Source: Nitrospinaceae bacterium
GTDB lineage: Bacteria; Nitrospinota; Nitrospinia; Nitrospinales; VA-1
Assembly (NCBI GenBank): GCA_029261455.1
Contig: JAJDBH010000210.1
Coordinates: 136-64,135 of the forward strand
DNA length: 64,000 nucleotides
Direction of reading: 5' to 3'
Part shown: positions 49,448 to 59,957 of the stretch, one piece after another
Numbering within the stretch: the stretch's first letter is position 1
How the letters are laid out: every line of letters begins with the position of its first letter
Position numbers and translations under genes: made by a program
The notes under the pieces: model-generated
The model's input: only the letters and a program-made list of their open reading frames with translations
Told to the model about the DNA's origin: nothing
The model's database searches: none

Positions 49448-50335
49448 ATGGATGTAACAAACCAAAAGCCCTGGCACGGAATTGGCGTGGAAGTCGACGC
49501 TAATTTCTCCAGCCGTGAAATGCTTTACAAAGCAAAACTCGATTGGGAGGTTTCCAAAATCCCTTCTCAAAGACCCAAGTCTTATGGCAATCAAGAGACA
49601 ATGAGGTTCTTCAAGGGATTTTTCGAAGCGAGTGAGGCAGAGATTGAAACCATTGGCAGTCTCGATGGTTCGAGAATTCTTTGGAGCCTTGCCCGATTGA
49701 ATCAGGACTTTATCCTGCCGGGAGAAGACAAAATAAAAGGCTATGTTCTGCTAGCCTCTCGCAATGAAAGCCGGGAAAAAATTGAGATCCAGTTTATCAT
49801 CGTGCGGGAAAGTTCCCACAACATGCTACCAATCGCATCCACGGCCAAGCCGCACATTAAAAATATTTTCAGGAGGACGTTTAATCCCTCCTTTCCATTC
49901 ATAAATCAAAAGCCACAAACTTTTGATGATGAAATGATAAAAAAAGTAGCCACTATGGTCGACCTGGGACGCGAAGCGATTTCTAACTTCGCAGAAGATG
50001 CTCAGCTACTGGCAGGTAAAGTAGTGGATACACCAACTGCATGGCTATACATGTTCAATGTATTCCAGCCAGAAACCATCAAAAACATTTCCACTGTCGG
50101 GGAGAAAGAAGTAGCAGAGCTTGCAGAGAAGAACACCAAGCTGGCAATAGAAACCCTCTCTCAGGTATCGGAACAGCAACCCGGCGACATGACAGCGTGG
50201 AGCTTGCTCAACGCGGTGACCTACATTATTGACCATCGTCTTGGGAGTAATCAGGACTCCCGGCTGAGACAGGCCTGGTTCGGCTCTAACGCAAAACTCA
50301 AAACGCGAGCCCTTGAGCTTGCATTGGCAATATGA
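49448..50335 (+). CDS. DUF932/DUF945 domain protein
   Basis: PWHGIG, LDWEV, ETIGSL, TAWSLLNAVTYIIDH, WFG..AKLK. Confidence 0.8.
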   Translation: MDVTNQKPWHGIGVEVDANFSSREMLYKAKLDWEVSKIPSQRPKSYGNQETMRFFKGFFEASEAEIETIGSLDGSRILWSLARLNQDFILPGEDKIKGYVLLASRNESREKIEIQFIIVRESSHNMLPIASTAKPHIKNIFRRTFNPSFPFINQKPQTFDDEMIKKVATMVDLGREAISNFAEDAQLLAGKVVDTPTAWLYMFNVFQPETIKNISTVGEKEVAELAEKNTKLAIETLSQVSEQQPGDMTAWSLLNAVTYIIDHRLGSNQDSRLRQAWFGSNAKLKTRALELALAI

Positions 50336-50389
50336 GATCAGATAAATGAGAGACAGCCTGTTTAAATTTAATTTCAAAGGTGATTTTTT

Positions 50390-51004
50390 ATGATTAAAGA
50401 AACCCAGCCTGGTTTATATAGTTGGAGCGAATACTCTGATGAAAAACAACTGGATTTTAATGGTCTCTTCATATTGGGAAAGGGCGAGTCCGTTATCATA
50501 GACCCCCCTGATTTAGGGAAAGATGATATGGCCGAATTAAAAAACATTATTGATAGTCATTTATCCTGCCCTTTAAAAGGGGTGTTGTTGACCAATGTCC
50601 ACCATGAAAGAGCCAGCGGTTTACTAAAGGAACATTTCTCTATTCCAGTTTGGGTGAATGAGTTGGATAAGGAAGCATTGGAAACATCTACCGACAAAAC
50701 CTTTAAGGGTGGAGACATTTTATCTTGTGATATTCAGGCAATTCAATTGGAACATCAAAAATCACCTGGTGAGACCGCCTTTTATATTAAGGATCAAAAA
50801 ATCATGATCCTTGGGGACGCTTTGATCGGCAAAGTTCCCGGCCAGGTAAATATGTTGCCTCCTGACAAATACCAGGACCCTGCTAAAGCCAAGGCTGGTT
50901 TGCATCAACTGTTGGAATATGATTTTGAAACTTTGCTGGTTGGCGATGGATCATCAATTTTAAAAGATGCTAAGGAAGCTGTAAAAACTTTTCTCTCTCA
51001 CTAG
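50390..51004 (+). CDS. Metallo-beta-lactamase-fold protein (degenerate metal motif)
   Basis: IIDPP, LTNVHHER, SPGE, GDAL, LLVGDG. Confidence 0.75.
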   Translation: MIKETQPGLYSWSEYSDEKQLDFNGLFILGKGESVIIDPPDLGKDDMAELKNIIDSHLSCPLKGVLLTNVHHERASGLLKEHFSIPVWVNELDKEALETSTDKTFKGGDILSCDIQAIQLEHQKSPGETAFYIKDQKIMILGDALIGKVPGQVNMLPPDKYQDPAKAKAGLHQLLEYDFETLLVGDGSSILKDAKEAVKTFLSH

Positions 51005-51050
51005 CAGGATATTGATATTTTTAAAATGTGAGGGTTTTATAGAGGACATT

Positions 51051-51812
51051 ATGAGTCCAGCGCGAAATCCTACCCTCTAAAAACATACCGGATGGCTCAT
51101 CATTATATTCTTTATCGTCACTTTCTCTCCAGCGCAATCACAGAGCATCCCAGACATGATACGGACCGAAGCTAACTGCTTTACGATGGGAAGCGAAGAG
51201 TTTGTGGTTGAAGAGCCAGAACACAGAGTTTGCCTCAATTCTTATTTACTAGGAATCCACGAAGTCACCCAACAAAAATTTGAAAGTGTCATGGGCTACA
51301 ACCCCTCCCGTTTCAAGGGGTCCGACTTGCCGGTGGAAAACGCCTCTTAACCCGAAGCAGATACTTATTGTAGAAACTTCGCCGGTCGTCTCCCGACCCG
51401 AAGCCGAGTGGGAAAACGCGGCACGGGCCGGGTCTACTGCGGCTTATTCCTGGGGCTGGGATATCAACAATACCTACTCTTGGCACCGTGGCAATTCACA
51501 AAACAGCACTCATCCTATCGGACAAAAAAAACAAATCCTTTAGGGTTGCACGATATGAACGGCAACGTATGGGAATGGGTGGGCGACTGGTACCGCGAAG
51601 ATTATTATGAGACAAGTGCAATGTCGGAGCCAATAGAAAATCCTCTAGGACCCACTACCGGGCAGTTTATTATCCTTCGTGGCGGCTCTTATAAAGATGA
51701 AGCCTTCTTCCTAAGGTCTGCCTCGCGCTACTGGTATCCCCCAACTCTAAAAAACCATAACCTGGGATTCAGATGCGCCTCCAACCTGCCGGACAAGGAG
51801 AGTTCACAATGA
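51051..51812 (+). pseudogene. Formylglycine-generating enzyme (SUMF1/FGE-sulfatase) family pseudogene
   Basis: FTMGS..PEHRV..HEVT..PVEN, RLPT/EAEWE, NPLGLHDMNGNVWEW, RGGS, GFRC split by two in-frame TAA and two frameshifts. Confidence 0.88.
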
Positions 51813-52150
51813 AAAAGTTTTTGGTCCTGACCAGCATTCTTTTATCTCTCCTTCTCAGTTCAAAAGAAGGATGGTCTGAAACGGTGGAAGTAAAAATCAT
51901 CAAATCGACTTTCATTCCCGCAGTTATAAAAGTCAAGAAAGGCGATACCGTGCGATGGGTCAATACAGAAGAGCTTCGGCACACAGTAACGAGTGGAAAA
52001 GCTCCCATCTCCGATGGAAAGTTCAACGCTGCCTATGTTAAAAAAGAGTTTGAGGTCACCCTCGACAAAGAAGGTTTCTACGATTATTACTGTGAACTGC
52101 ATCCGGCCATAATGCGCGGTGTGGTTATCATAGACCTTGCAGAAAAATAA
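51809..52150 (+). CDS. Blue-copper cupredoxin (plastocyanin/amicyanin-like)
   Basis: Signal peptide; GDTVRWVN, H(RHTV), C-x2-HP-x2-M ligands. Confidence 0.9.
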   Translation: MKKFLVLTSILLSLLLSSKEGWSETVEVKIIKSTFIPAVIKVKKGDTVRWVNTEELRHTVTSGKAPISDGKFNAAYVKKEFEVTLDKEGFYDYYCELHPAIMRGVVIIDLAEK

Positions 52151-52180
52151 TCACGACACCGAGCACACATAGCTAATGCC

Positions 52181-53788
52181 TTACCTGACACCCCCATAAG
52201 AAATCCCTGACAAATTAGCCATATCCTGTTTCCAGGTTGTGAGGTCATTGAGTTGAAATTCATTAACATGTTCGTGACCACAAGCTCTCGCCATCACTTT
52301 CATCAACTCAATTGAGGCTTGGAAAAAGTTATTAAGACGCTTGGCAGATTCTTCGATGACCAACCTTTGCCTCAAATGATCTTTCTGAGTGGCAATGCCA
52401 ACAGGACAATTATTGGTATTACAGGCTCGCATACCTATACAACCTATAGCCTGCAAGGCAGAGTTAGAAATGGCAATGGCATCTGCCCCTAAAGCGAGAG
52501 CTTTGGCAAAATCGGAGGGGATTCTTAATCCACCCGTGATGACCAAAGTCACGTCTTTACGATCAAGTTTATCAAGATGCCGCCTTGCTCTCGCCAAAGC
52601 CGGAATCGTGGGCACTGAGATATTGTCGCGAAAAATAAGTGGTGCGGCTCCTGTTCCGCCACCGCGTCCATCGAGAATGATGTAATCGACACCCACTTCT
52701 AAAGCGGCATCAATATCTTTTTCTATATGTTGTGCAGATAGTTTGTATCCAATAGGAATACCTCCTGTCGCTTCTCTAACCTGATGAGCAAACTCCTTGA
52801 TCGGTTTGATATCTGTCCAATCGGGAAAACGCGGCGGGGAAACAGCAGCTTCGCCTTCTTTCAATCCACGAACCTCAGCGATTTTTCCTTTTACTTTATC
52901 TCCCGGCAGGTGACCTCCCGTCCCTGTCTTTGCGCCCTGCCCGCCTTTAAAGTGAAACGCTTGACAACGTTTAACTTTATCCATCGAATACCCGAATCTC
53001 CCTGAGGCAAGCTCGTAGAAATATCTGCTATTGGCGTCCTGTTCTTCCGGGAGCATTCCGCCTTCACCACTACAGATACCCGTTCCCGCCAATTCTGCTC
53101 CCATTGCCAATGCAATTTTGGATTCTTCAGAAAGAGCTCCGAAACTCATATCAGAAACAAATAAAGGAATATCCAGTTTGAGAGGTTCTTTTGCTCCGGG
53201 ACCAATAACAACTTCTGTTCCGACCGGGTCATCATCCAATAAAGGCATGGTTGCCAATTGCGCTGTGACAAACTGAATATCTTCCCATTTTGGAAGTTCC
53301 TGCCGAGGCACACCCATAGCCGCGACTCGACCATGATGCCCTAACTTAGAAAGACCATTTTTTGCCAGCTCCTGAATAAAGCCGGTATGAGGCTCGGCGT
53401 CTGTTCCATGAGTATCTGCATATAATCCCAGATAATTGTCGCGTTGATAGGGCTGTGGGTTTTCTTTCTCCCACTCAAATATTTCCGCTTCATCCACCAA
53501 AACATGACCGTCCTCGACCCAGCCGGAGAACTTCTGCAATCTTTCATCATTGTCGTATTCACTGATTCCGGTTTCATACTTGAAATCCCATTGATGAATA
53601 CCGCAAATAAGATTATGACCTTGGATATGCCCATCCGATAACAACGCGCCACGGTGCAAGCATCGCCCGTATAAAACCGACACCTTGTCATCGTAGCGAA
53701 TAATAACCAGGTCCACATTCGCGACCAAGGCATAAGAAGGTTCACGATCTTTCAGACTGACCCAGTCGGCAACAACTACCTTTTTCAT
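52181..53788 (-). CDS. Rieske-domain / FMN-binding glutamate-synthase-family fusion
   Basis: CLHRG...CGIH; MSFGALS, SGEGG, QGAKTGTGGHLPG, DGRGGGTGAAP, CIGMRACNTNNC. Confidence 0.9.
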   Translation of the reverse strand: MKKVVVADWVSLKDREPSYALVANVDLVIIRYDDKVSVLYGRCLHRGALLSDGHIQGHNLICGIHQWDFKYETGISEYDNDERLQKFSGWVEDGHVLVDEAEIFEWEKENPQPYQRDNYLGLYADTHGTDAEPHTGFIQELAKNGLSKLGHHGRVAAMGVPRQELPKWEDIQFVTAQLATMPLLDDDPVGTEVVIGPGAKEPLKLDIPLFVSDMSFGALSEESKIALAMGAELAGTGICSGEGGMLPEEQDANSRYFYELASGRFGYSMDKVKRCQAFHFKGGQGAKTGTGGHLPGDKVKGKIAEVRGLKEGEAAVSPPRFPDWTDIKPIKEFAHQVREATGGIPIGYKLSAQHIEKDIDAALEVGVDYIILDGRGGGTGAAPLIFRDNISVPTIPALARARRHLDKLDRKDVTLVITGGLRIPSDFAKALALGADAIAISNSALQAIGCIGMRACNTNNCPVGIATQKDHLRQRLVIEESAKRLNNFFQASIELMKVMARACGHEHVNEFQLNDLTTWKQDMANLSGISYGGVR

Positions 53789-54017
53789 TGCATTATCTCC
53801 GTATTCGAATTAGCTGGAATATAACCTATCACCCTTTATTCAAAATCAGGTAAGTTTTGAGCCTATAAACTCTAAAGGTCTTTGTAGACCATGAAGCTCT
53901 AAATATAGACTCCATATTTGTCGAAAGAACACAAAGATTCTTACATTGCTTTAATATATAAAAGTTGAGAGTATCAAGTGTAAACCTGAAATGTCATTTT
54001 TGTTATGAGGCGAAATC

Positions 54018-54581
54018 ATGGACAAACAGTTGATAGCAAACCTTGGGCCTCTGGCCCTACTGGCAGGCACTTGGGAAGGCGATAAGGGAGACGATATCGC
54101 CCCCGACGAAAACCCAACGGAAATAGAAAACAATAAATATCGTGAAAGGTTGGTGTTGGAGCCTTTCGGGCCAGTGAATAACCACGCCCAAACTCTTTAC
54201 GGACTAAGATACTCGACCACAGTATGGAGGTTGGACCAAGAAAGTCCTTTTCATGAAGAATCAGGATACTGGCTTTGGGATCCGGCAAAAAAACAGGCAC
54301 TGAAATGTTTCATCGTGCCTCGTGGAGTAGCGGTGATCGCAGGCAGTACAGTAGAACCCGATGCACGAGAATTCCAATTGGTCGCCGATGTAGGCTCAGA
54401 AACCTACGGAATCTGTTCCAATAAATTTCTTGATGAAGAGTTCAAAACAGTTCGTTATGAACTGAAAATATCCATCCACGATGAAAATAGTTTTAGTTAT
54501 GAGCAAGACACTCAACTCCAGATCAAAGGTCAGGAAAAACTGTTCCATCACACCGACAAAAACACCTTGAAACGGGTCTGA
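54018..54581 (+). CDS. Nitrobindin/THAP4-like heme-binding beta-barrel (DUF1794)
   Basis: LGPLALLAGTWEG, PFHEESGYW, FHHTD. Confidence 0.85.
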   Translation: MDKQLIANLGPLALLAGTWEGDKGDDIAPDENPTEIENNKYRERLVLEPFGPVNNHAQTLYGLRYSTTVWRLDQESPFHEESGYWLWDPAKKQALKCFIVPRGVAVIAGSTVEPDAREFQLVADVGSETYGICSNKFLDEEFKTVRYELKISIHDENSFSYEQDTQLQIKGQEKLFHHTDKNTLKRV

Positions 54582-54685
54582 ATATCGACGAATAGAGCCT
54601 CAATTTATTGGAATATGTATGGAAAGAGGATTATATTTATTATAGAGGGGTTTGTTTATTTTAAATTCTGTTATCGAGAAAAGTC

Positions 54686-55165
54686 ATGCTGATTGCGCCG
54701 ATAGACCGTAATAAAGAACCGGATCCGGAAAAACATGTAAGCAGGATCAATTCTCTGTACTGGACCCTGCCCAGCAGTATGGGGTCAAGCACTTCGCAAA
54801 AACATAATCCAACCCACTCCAGTGAAGGAGTCGTAATAAGGGTGAGAGATACCCGTCTGATGGAACGGCGTAAACATCTCCCCCCCCCTGAGCTTCCAGA
54901 ACTGGAAAGACGCCAAAGAAACAATCGCAAACACGCTGAAGATCCTGACAACCATCACATTCTTGTCATCGCCCTCGACCCCAAAGCCGGGGAGCCCGCC
55001 CCCTGGAAAGCCGGAGACCGCGTATCAGTAGTTTCCAAACCCCGAACCCCTACGCCGACCCCTCAAAACAACGCACCACCTGAAACAGGAAAACCTCCTT
55101 TATTGACCAAAGATGAAGGGGACTATGTATTGCATCTCAGCAAAGATTATCCCCCTGAACGCTAG
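54686..55165 (+). CDS. Hypothetical Pro-rich protein
   Basis: ORF fills the gap between genes; ERR motifs; no recognised family. Confidence 0.55.
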   Translation: MLIAPIDRNKEPDPEKHVSRINSLYWTLPSSMGSSTSQKHNPTHSSEGVVIRVRDTRLMERRKHLPPPELPELERRQRNNRKHAEDPDNHHILVIALDPKAGEPAPWKAGDRVSVVSKPRTPTPTPQNNAPPETGKPPLLTKDEGDYVLHLSKDYPPER

Positions 55166-55186
55166 ACCTACAGTCACTAATGCGAT

Positions 55187-56467
55187 TTAATGATCTGTAC
55201 TTTTTTTATCAAAATACACAATACCGCAGGTTAACAATATAGCCCCGGCGATCAGGCTTACGGCTGTTAACAGGTGGCTGAGCATGTCAGGAGCAAAAAG
55301 CAACAGGAATCCTAGTTCAAGCATCATCAACCCGGAAACCAGCTTTAGAATACGTCCTTCTTTTTCACTCAACTTTCTAGCTCCAAGCGTTTTCGCAAAG
55401 ATAAGCACCACTATCAGCAAAGGGATCACATAAATAATATTGTAGAACAACAGATAAGTATAATAACCCCATGAGGTCAAATCATGCAGTGTGAGGAGCC
55501 GGGTAAAAACCATCGGGAACCCTGCAGTGCATAACAATTCATAGGAATTGGCAACAATAGCCAGCATAATCGTTCCCAGAATCATGGTCGGCAAACTCGA
55601 CGCGTTCATCAACTTTCTGATTCTTTCGTAAAGACCAGGCTTGGCACTGTCTGGTATGGATAGGGAAACTCCTTTTTTAAAGAGAAAATAGTCTTTTATA
55701 TTGATTGAAGAAATCCCAATGGCTACCACAGCCGCTATGATGGTTATAGTTCTCAACTCCCCCATATAAAGAAATAGATTTAACCAGGCCGCCATGAAGA
55801 TGAAGTAAATGAATCCTGAAAAGAACACAAAGATTCCGCCGATCAACAACATCCTTTTTCTGTCTTTGGCGTTGACCAGCAAACTCAGCATTAAGAGCAA
55901 AACAAAGAATGCACAGGGATTGAACGCATCCAGTCCCGCAATGATGATCGTAAAAACGGGCAAGGACATGCCCTGTGGATCAAACGCCCCTAAAAACGGC
56001 AGGGAGAATTTTTCTTTATCCCTCGCATGACTTGAAGCTTCATTCTTATCCGCCACCAAGGATGCTCGGCATTTTAATAGTTTGTCCCGTAAATGTGCCC
56101 CCGTTGTTTGCTCATCAAGGTAGCCAATCACAATCTGCTCGCAAAACATAAAGGCTGGCACTGAAAATTTTTTCTCTCCCAACTCTTCCGCAAGAGATAT
56201 ATACAAATCTGCATTTTCCCGGCTTTCACTGATTTCATAGGAATTGAGCTCCAGCCACTCATAAGACTGCGTCAATTTATTAATAAAAGGTTTGGCCTTT
56301 TGGCAATGTGGGCAAGTCTTCGACCAGAAAAAATGAACCCGGACTATTTTTTCCCCTTCAGAAGATATGTGAACCCAGGAGGTTTTGATCGGCTCGGCAG
56401 AAATCGAGGTAGGGACCAGCAAAGCGAGGGAAATTAGAACAATGAATGCTTTAATCCAAGAAACCAT
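55187..56467 (-). CDS. Glutaredoxin/thioredoxin domain fused to CcdA/DsbD-like membrane domain
   Basis: CPHC; DAFNPCAF and ELLCTAGFP transmembrane Cys pair. Confidence 0.82.
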   Translation of the reverse strand: MVSWIKAFIVLISLALLVPTSISAEPIKTSWVHISSEGEKIVRVHFFWSKTCPHCQKAKPFINKLTQSYEWLELNSYEISESRENADLYISLAEELGEKKFSVPAFMFCEQIVIGYLDEQTTGAHLRDKLLKCRASLVADKNEASSHARDKEKFSLPFLGAFDPQGMSLPVFTIIIAGLDAFNPCAFFVLLLMLSLLVNAKDRKRMLLIGGIFVFFSGFIYFIFMAAWLNLFLYMGELRTITIIAAVVAIGISSINIKDYFLFKKGVSLSIPDSAKPGLYERIRKLMNASSLPTMILGTIMLAIVANSYELLCTAGFPMVFTRLLTLHDLTSWGYYTYLLFYNIIYVIPLLIVVLIFAKTLGARKLSEKEGRILKLVSGLMMLELGFLLLFAPDMLSHLLTAVSLIAGAILLTCGIVYFDKKSTDH

Positions 56468-56704
56468 TGTGTTTCCTCTAATAAGGTTCTAAATGGCAAC
56501 AGCTTGATCATTGAGCCATTGGATTTTATTCCCATTGCTTTACTTCATTGTATCTCAGCCCATGGAGAAAAATAAATTTTATCAATAGAATATTTAGTTA
56601 ATACATAAAGCAATAATTTTCTTTAGGAGCATTTATTGATAGAATATTGTAATCTTTAGTCAGACAGGCAGCCTCAACCTAAAGTTGTAAGGAAGTCTTT
56701 TATT

Positions 56705-57286
56705 ATGATCACGATAAGGGTTTTTTTCTGGATAGTTTTGGGAGCTATCACAATACCTGCATTCTCTTATGCTGACGACACTATCAGCTGCACGCCCAAA
56801 CCACCCTATGATGCCCCTCAATATGTCGAACCAATAAAGAAACCAGAAGTTTCCAAACTACATCTGATTGACAATAACGATGGGACCATTACTGACCCCG
56901 ACTCCGGTTTGCTCTGGACGAAAAAGGACAGCTACGCTGATCTAGGGAAATGCCTGACATGGCAGGAGTCTATGGATTATTTGGAGAAGCTGGATACAGC
57001 AAACTTTTCTGACTGGAGAATGCCCACTATAAAAGAACTCGCCACCATTTATGATTCCACTAAAGAAAATAATATGGCTTGGGATCACAATGCAGAATAC
57101 ACCCTTGGTCTGGATGAAAAATTTGCCGACGGTTCCGCCTACTGGTTTTGGAGTAGCGACTGTGGAGTTGTGGAACAAAAACGCTGTTGCGCCAAAACCC
57201 TGTATTTTGTGAAAGGACTCATCCACCTCCGTAACCTGGATCAATGCAACAACGGGGGTGTCCGCGCAGTTAAAAACTTGAAATGA
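56705..57286 (+). CDS. DUF1566 (Lcl C-terminal) domain exported protein
   Basis: DNNDGTITD..SGLLW, DWRMPTIKEL, WFWSS, VRAV. Confidence 0.87.
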   Translation: MITIRVFFWIVLGAITIPAFSYADDTISCTPKPPYDAPQYVEPIKKPEVSKLHLIDNNDGTITDPDSGLLWTKKDSYADLGKCLTWQESMDYLEKLDTANFSDWRMPTIKELATIYDSTKENNMAWDHNAEYTLGLDEKFADGSAYWFWSSDCGVVEQKRCCAKTLYFVKGLIHLRNLDQCNNGGVRAVKNLK

Positions 57287-57389
57287 ACCACACCCCTCAC
57301 TCTTAAAGAAATAGGCTCGGGTTGCTTTTGTTATGATTTAGGCCAATATTTTATATGTGGGTGAATCATCCTTTTTCGGAGAGTCATTT

Positions 57390-58553
57390 ATGAAAGCCTT
57401 GGTCCTTGATACTCCTCGTATTGAATGGGACACCACTACGGGAATGAATCTGGCGGATGTGCCCGAACCAGAACTGGATGAATCACTTCGTCCTGCTGAT
57501 TCCAACAAGTGCATCATCAAACCTCTCTATACCGGGTTTTGCGGTTCGGACAAAAGCCTCTGGTTTCGCCACGCGTTTAAAGACATGTTGCTCGACTCTC
57601 GCGACCAGGATGGGCAGCCCTACAGAATTTGCGGGCACGAACTGTTAGGGGAAATTGTCGAAGCAGGCTCTTACTCTCAAAAAAATTACGGTTATAAACC
57701 GGGCGATATCGTCTCGACAGAATCGCATATCTTCTGCGGGGTTTGCCACCAATGCAAAATCGGCGATGCCCATGTCTGCTCGGACCATCTAATTATAGGA
57801 ATCTCCACAGATGGATGTTTTGCGGAACAGGTCAAACTGCCGGCGAAAGAACTGTGGCGCACTGATTTGGATAAAATCCGGCCTGAGGTCGCGGCCATTC
57901 AGGAACCTTTGGGAAACGCAGTGCATGCCTGTAGCCGGGTCGATCTGCGTGGCAAAACTGTTGCTGTATTCGGCTGTGGCACGATAGGACTTTTCACTAT
58001 TCTTGTCGCCCGAGCAATGGGTGCAACAACGATCATTGGTGTTGACCCCTCAAAGGCCAATCTTAAAATCGCGGAGGAACTTGGCGTGGACTCCACCTTA
58101 CGAGTCTCCACGGATCCAATCAAAAATCCCGCCCCTGCCCCGGACCTCGACATCGCTGACAAAATCCGCCAGCAATGTTTCGGCGAAGGGGTCGATGTGG
58201 CCTTTGAAATGTCCGGAAGCAATCAGGCTTTGAACACGGCGATTGCCTCCACCCGCGCCGGCGGGGATATTATTTTATTCGGACTTTCTTCTGGCGACTA
58301 CACTCTGACTAATTTCCAAGACATCATTTTATATGGAAAATCCATGCACAGCGTTGTCGGACGAAAGGTTTTCCAAACCTGGTACATCACCAGCAACCTG
58401 TTGATGTCTCGCGGTCATTCCCTGCAAGACAAAATTTATGATGTCATCTTAAACCGAGGCCAAGGTACGGTTGTCCCGTTCAAGGCTTTTGATAAAATGC
58501 AATTTGAAAAAGCCATCACCTCGCACCCCAAAATTGTGCTGAAATATGACTGA
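57390..58553 (+). CDS. tdh: L-threonine 3-dehydrogenase (Zn-dependent)
   Basis: [36 protein letters not shown]; overlaps kbl. Confidence 0.85.
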   Translation: MKALVLDTPRIEWDTTTGMNLADVPEPELDESLRPADSNKCIIKPLYTGFCGSDKSLWFRHAFKDMLLDSRDQDGQPYRICGHELLGEIVEAGSYSQKNYGYKPGDIVSTESHIFCGVCHQCKIGDAHVCSDHLIIGISTDGCFAEQVKLPAKELWRTDLDKIRPEVAAIQEPLGNAVHACSRVDLRGKTVAVFGCGTIGLFTILVARAMGATTIIGVDPSKANLKIAEELGVDSTLRVSTDPIKNPAPAPDLDIADKIRQQCFGEGVDVAFEMSGSNQALNTAIASTRAGGDIILFGLSSGDYTLTNFQDIILYGKSMHSVVGRKVFQTWYITSNLLMSRGHSLQDKIYDVILNRGQGTVVPFKAFDKMQFEKAITSHPKIVLKYD

Positions 58554-59736
58554 CAAGAGTTCAGATAGTTTTTGCGCACATCTTCGGTCTGAGTTGGAAA
58601 CGATTCACGAGTCCGGCTTATATAAAGATGAACATATTTTACTGTCTCCTCAGGGGGTCCACCTTTCTACGGCCCACGGTCAGGTCCTTAATTATTGCGC
58701 CAACAATTATCTAGGGTTGGCCAACCACCCGGAAATTCTCGAATTTGCTCACCAGGCTCTCGACCAATATGGTTACGGCATGGCTTCGGTACGATTCATT
58801 TGCGGCACTCAGGACATCCATAAGCAATTAGAGCAAAGCATTTCCGCATTCCTGCAAACTGAAGACACTATTCTCTACTCCTCATGCTTCGATGCCAATG
58901 GCGGATTGTTTGAAACTCTGCTGACGGAAAAAGACGCAGTGATCAGCGACCGACTGAACCATGCAAGCATCATCGATGGAGTACGCCTTTGCAAGGCCAA
59001 CCGGTTTCGTTACAACCATGCCGACATGGGGCATTTGGAAACCCAATTGCAAAGAGCGCAAAAATACCGACATCGCATCATCGCCACCGATGGAGTTTTC
59101 AGTATGGACGGCAATATCGCTCCGCTGAAAGATATTTGTGATCTTGCCGACCGGTATGACTCTATGGTCATGGTCGATGACTCACATGCCACAGGTTTTT
59201 TCGGCAACACCGGTCGTGGCAGTGTTGAGTATCGCAACGTCATGGGCCGGGTGGATATAATCACCTCCACCTTCGGCAAAGCACTCGGGGGGGCCTCGGG
59301 TGGGTTCACCAGCGGGCGCAAAGAAATCATAGACCTTTTGCGCCAGCGCTCACGACCTTATTTGTTCTCCAACAGCCTGTCGCCCATCATTACCGCCACC
59401 ACTATTAAATCTATTGATCTCATTTCAAATTCTTTGGGATTGATCCATAAGCTTCGTGACAATGTGAAATATTTTCGTTCCGCAATTTCCGAGGCTGGGT
59501 TCGAAATCCGGCCCGGCGACCATCCCATCATCCCTATCATGATTGGCGACGCTTCAGCGGCAAAGAAGATGGCCGACCAATTGCTGAAGGAAGGCATCTA
59601 TGTGATCGCCTTCAGCTATCCAGTTGTCCCTAAAGACACGGCGCGGATACGCATTCAGATTTCTGCCGCCCACGAAACCGTCGACCTTGACCAAGCAATT
59701 TCGGCTTTCAAAAAAGTCAAAACTGAAAACACTTAA
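58546..59736 (+). CDS. kbl: Glycine C-acetyltransferase (2-amino-3-ketobutyrate CoA ligase)
   Basis: [48 protein letters not shown]. Confidence 0.95.
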   Translation: MTDKSSDSFCAHLRSELETIHESGLYKDEHILLSPQGVHLSTAHGQVLNYCANNYLGLANHPEILEFAHQALDQYGYGMASVRFICGTQDIHKQLEQSISAFLQTEDTILYSSCFDANGGLFETLLTEKDAVISDRLNHASIIDGVRLCKANRFRYNHADMGHLETQLQRAQKYRHRIIATDGVFSMDGNIAPLKDICDLADRYDSMVMVDDSHATGFFGNTGRGSVEYRNVMGRVDIITSTFGKALGGASGGFTSGRKEIIDLLRQRSRPYLFSNSLSPIITATTIKSIDLISNSLGLIHKLRDNVKYFRSAISEAGFEIRPGDHPIIPIMIGDASAAKKMADQLLKEGIYVIAFSYPVVPKDTARIRIQISAAHETVDLDQAISAFKKVKTENT

Positions 59737-59957
59737 CAATAGCTGATATTCTTCTTGCCATCCATCCGCCAATAAATTCAAAAATGACCTCCTCCAAAAT
59801 TCATACCTGAAAAACAATAGGGCTGATTTCCAAATTTCTTAATCCCTCACTTATTTGTAATGTTTGGGTGCCTTCCTACGACTGTAAGTGTAGGATATTC
59901 ATCAAGCAGAGTTTCACCCAACCATTAACGAGCTTAATGCTAGCCAGGAAAGAAAAA

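Noticed and set aside
52181..53788. Canonical glutamate synthase gltB
   Set aside because: It lacks the amidotransferase, central and GXGXG domains.
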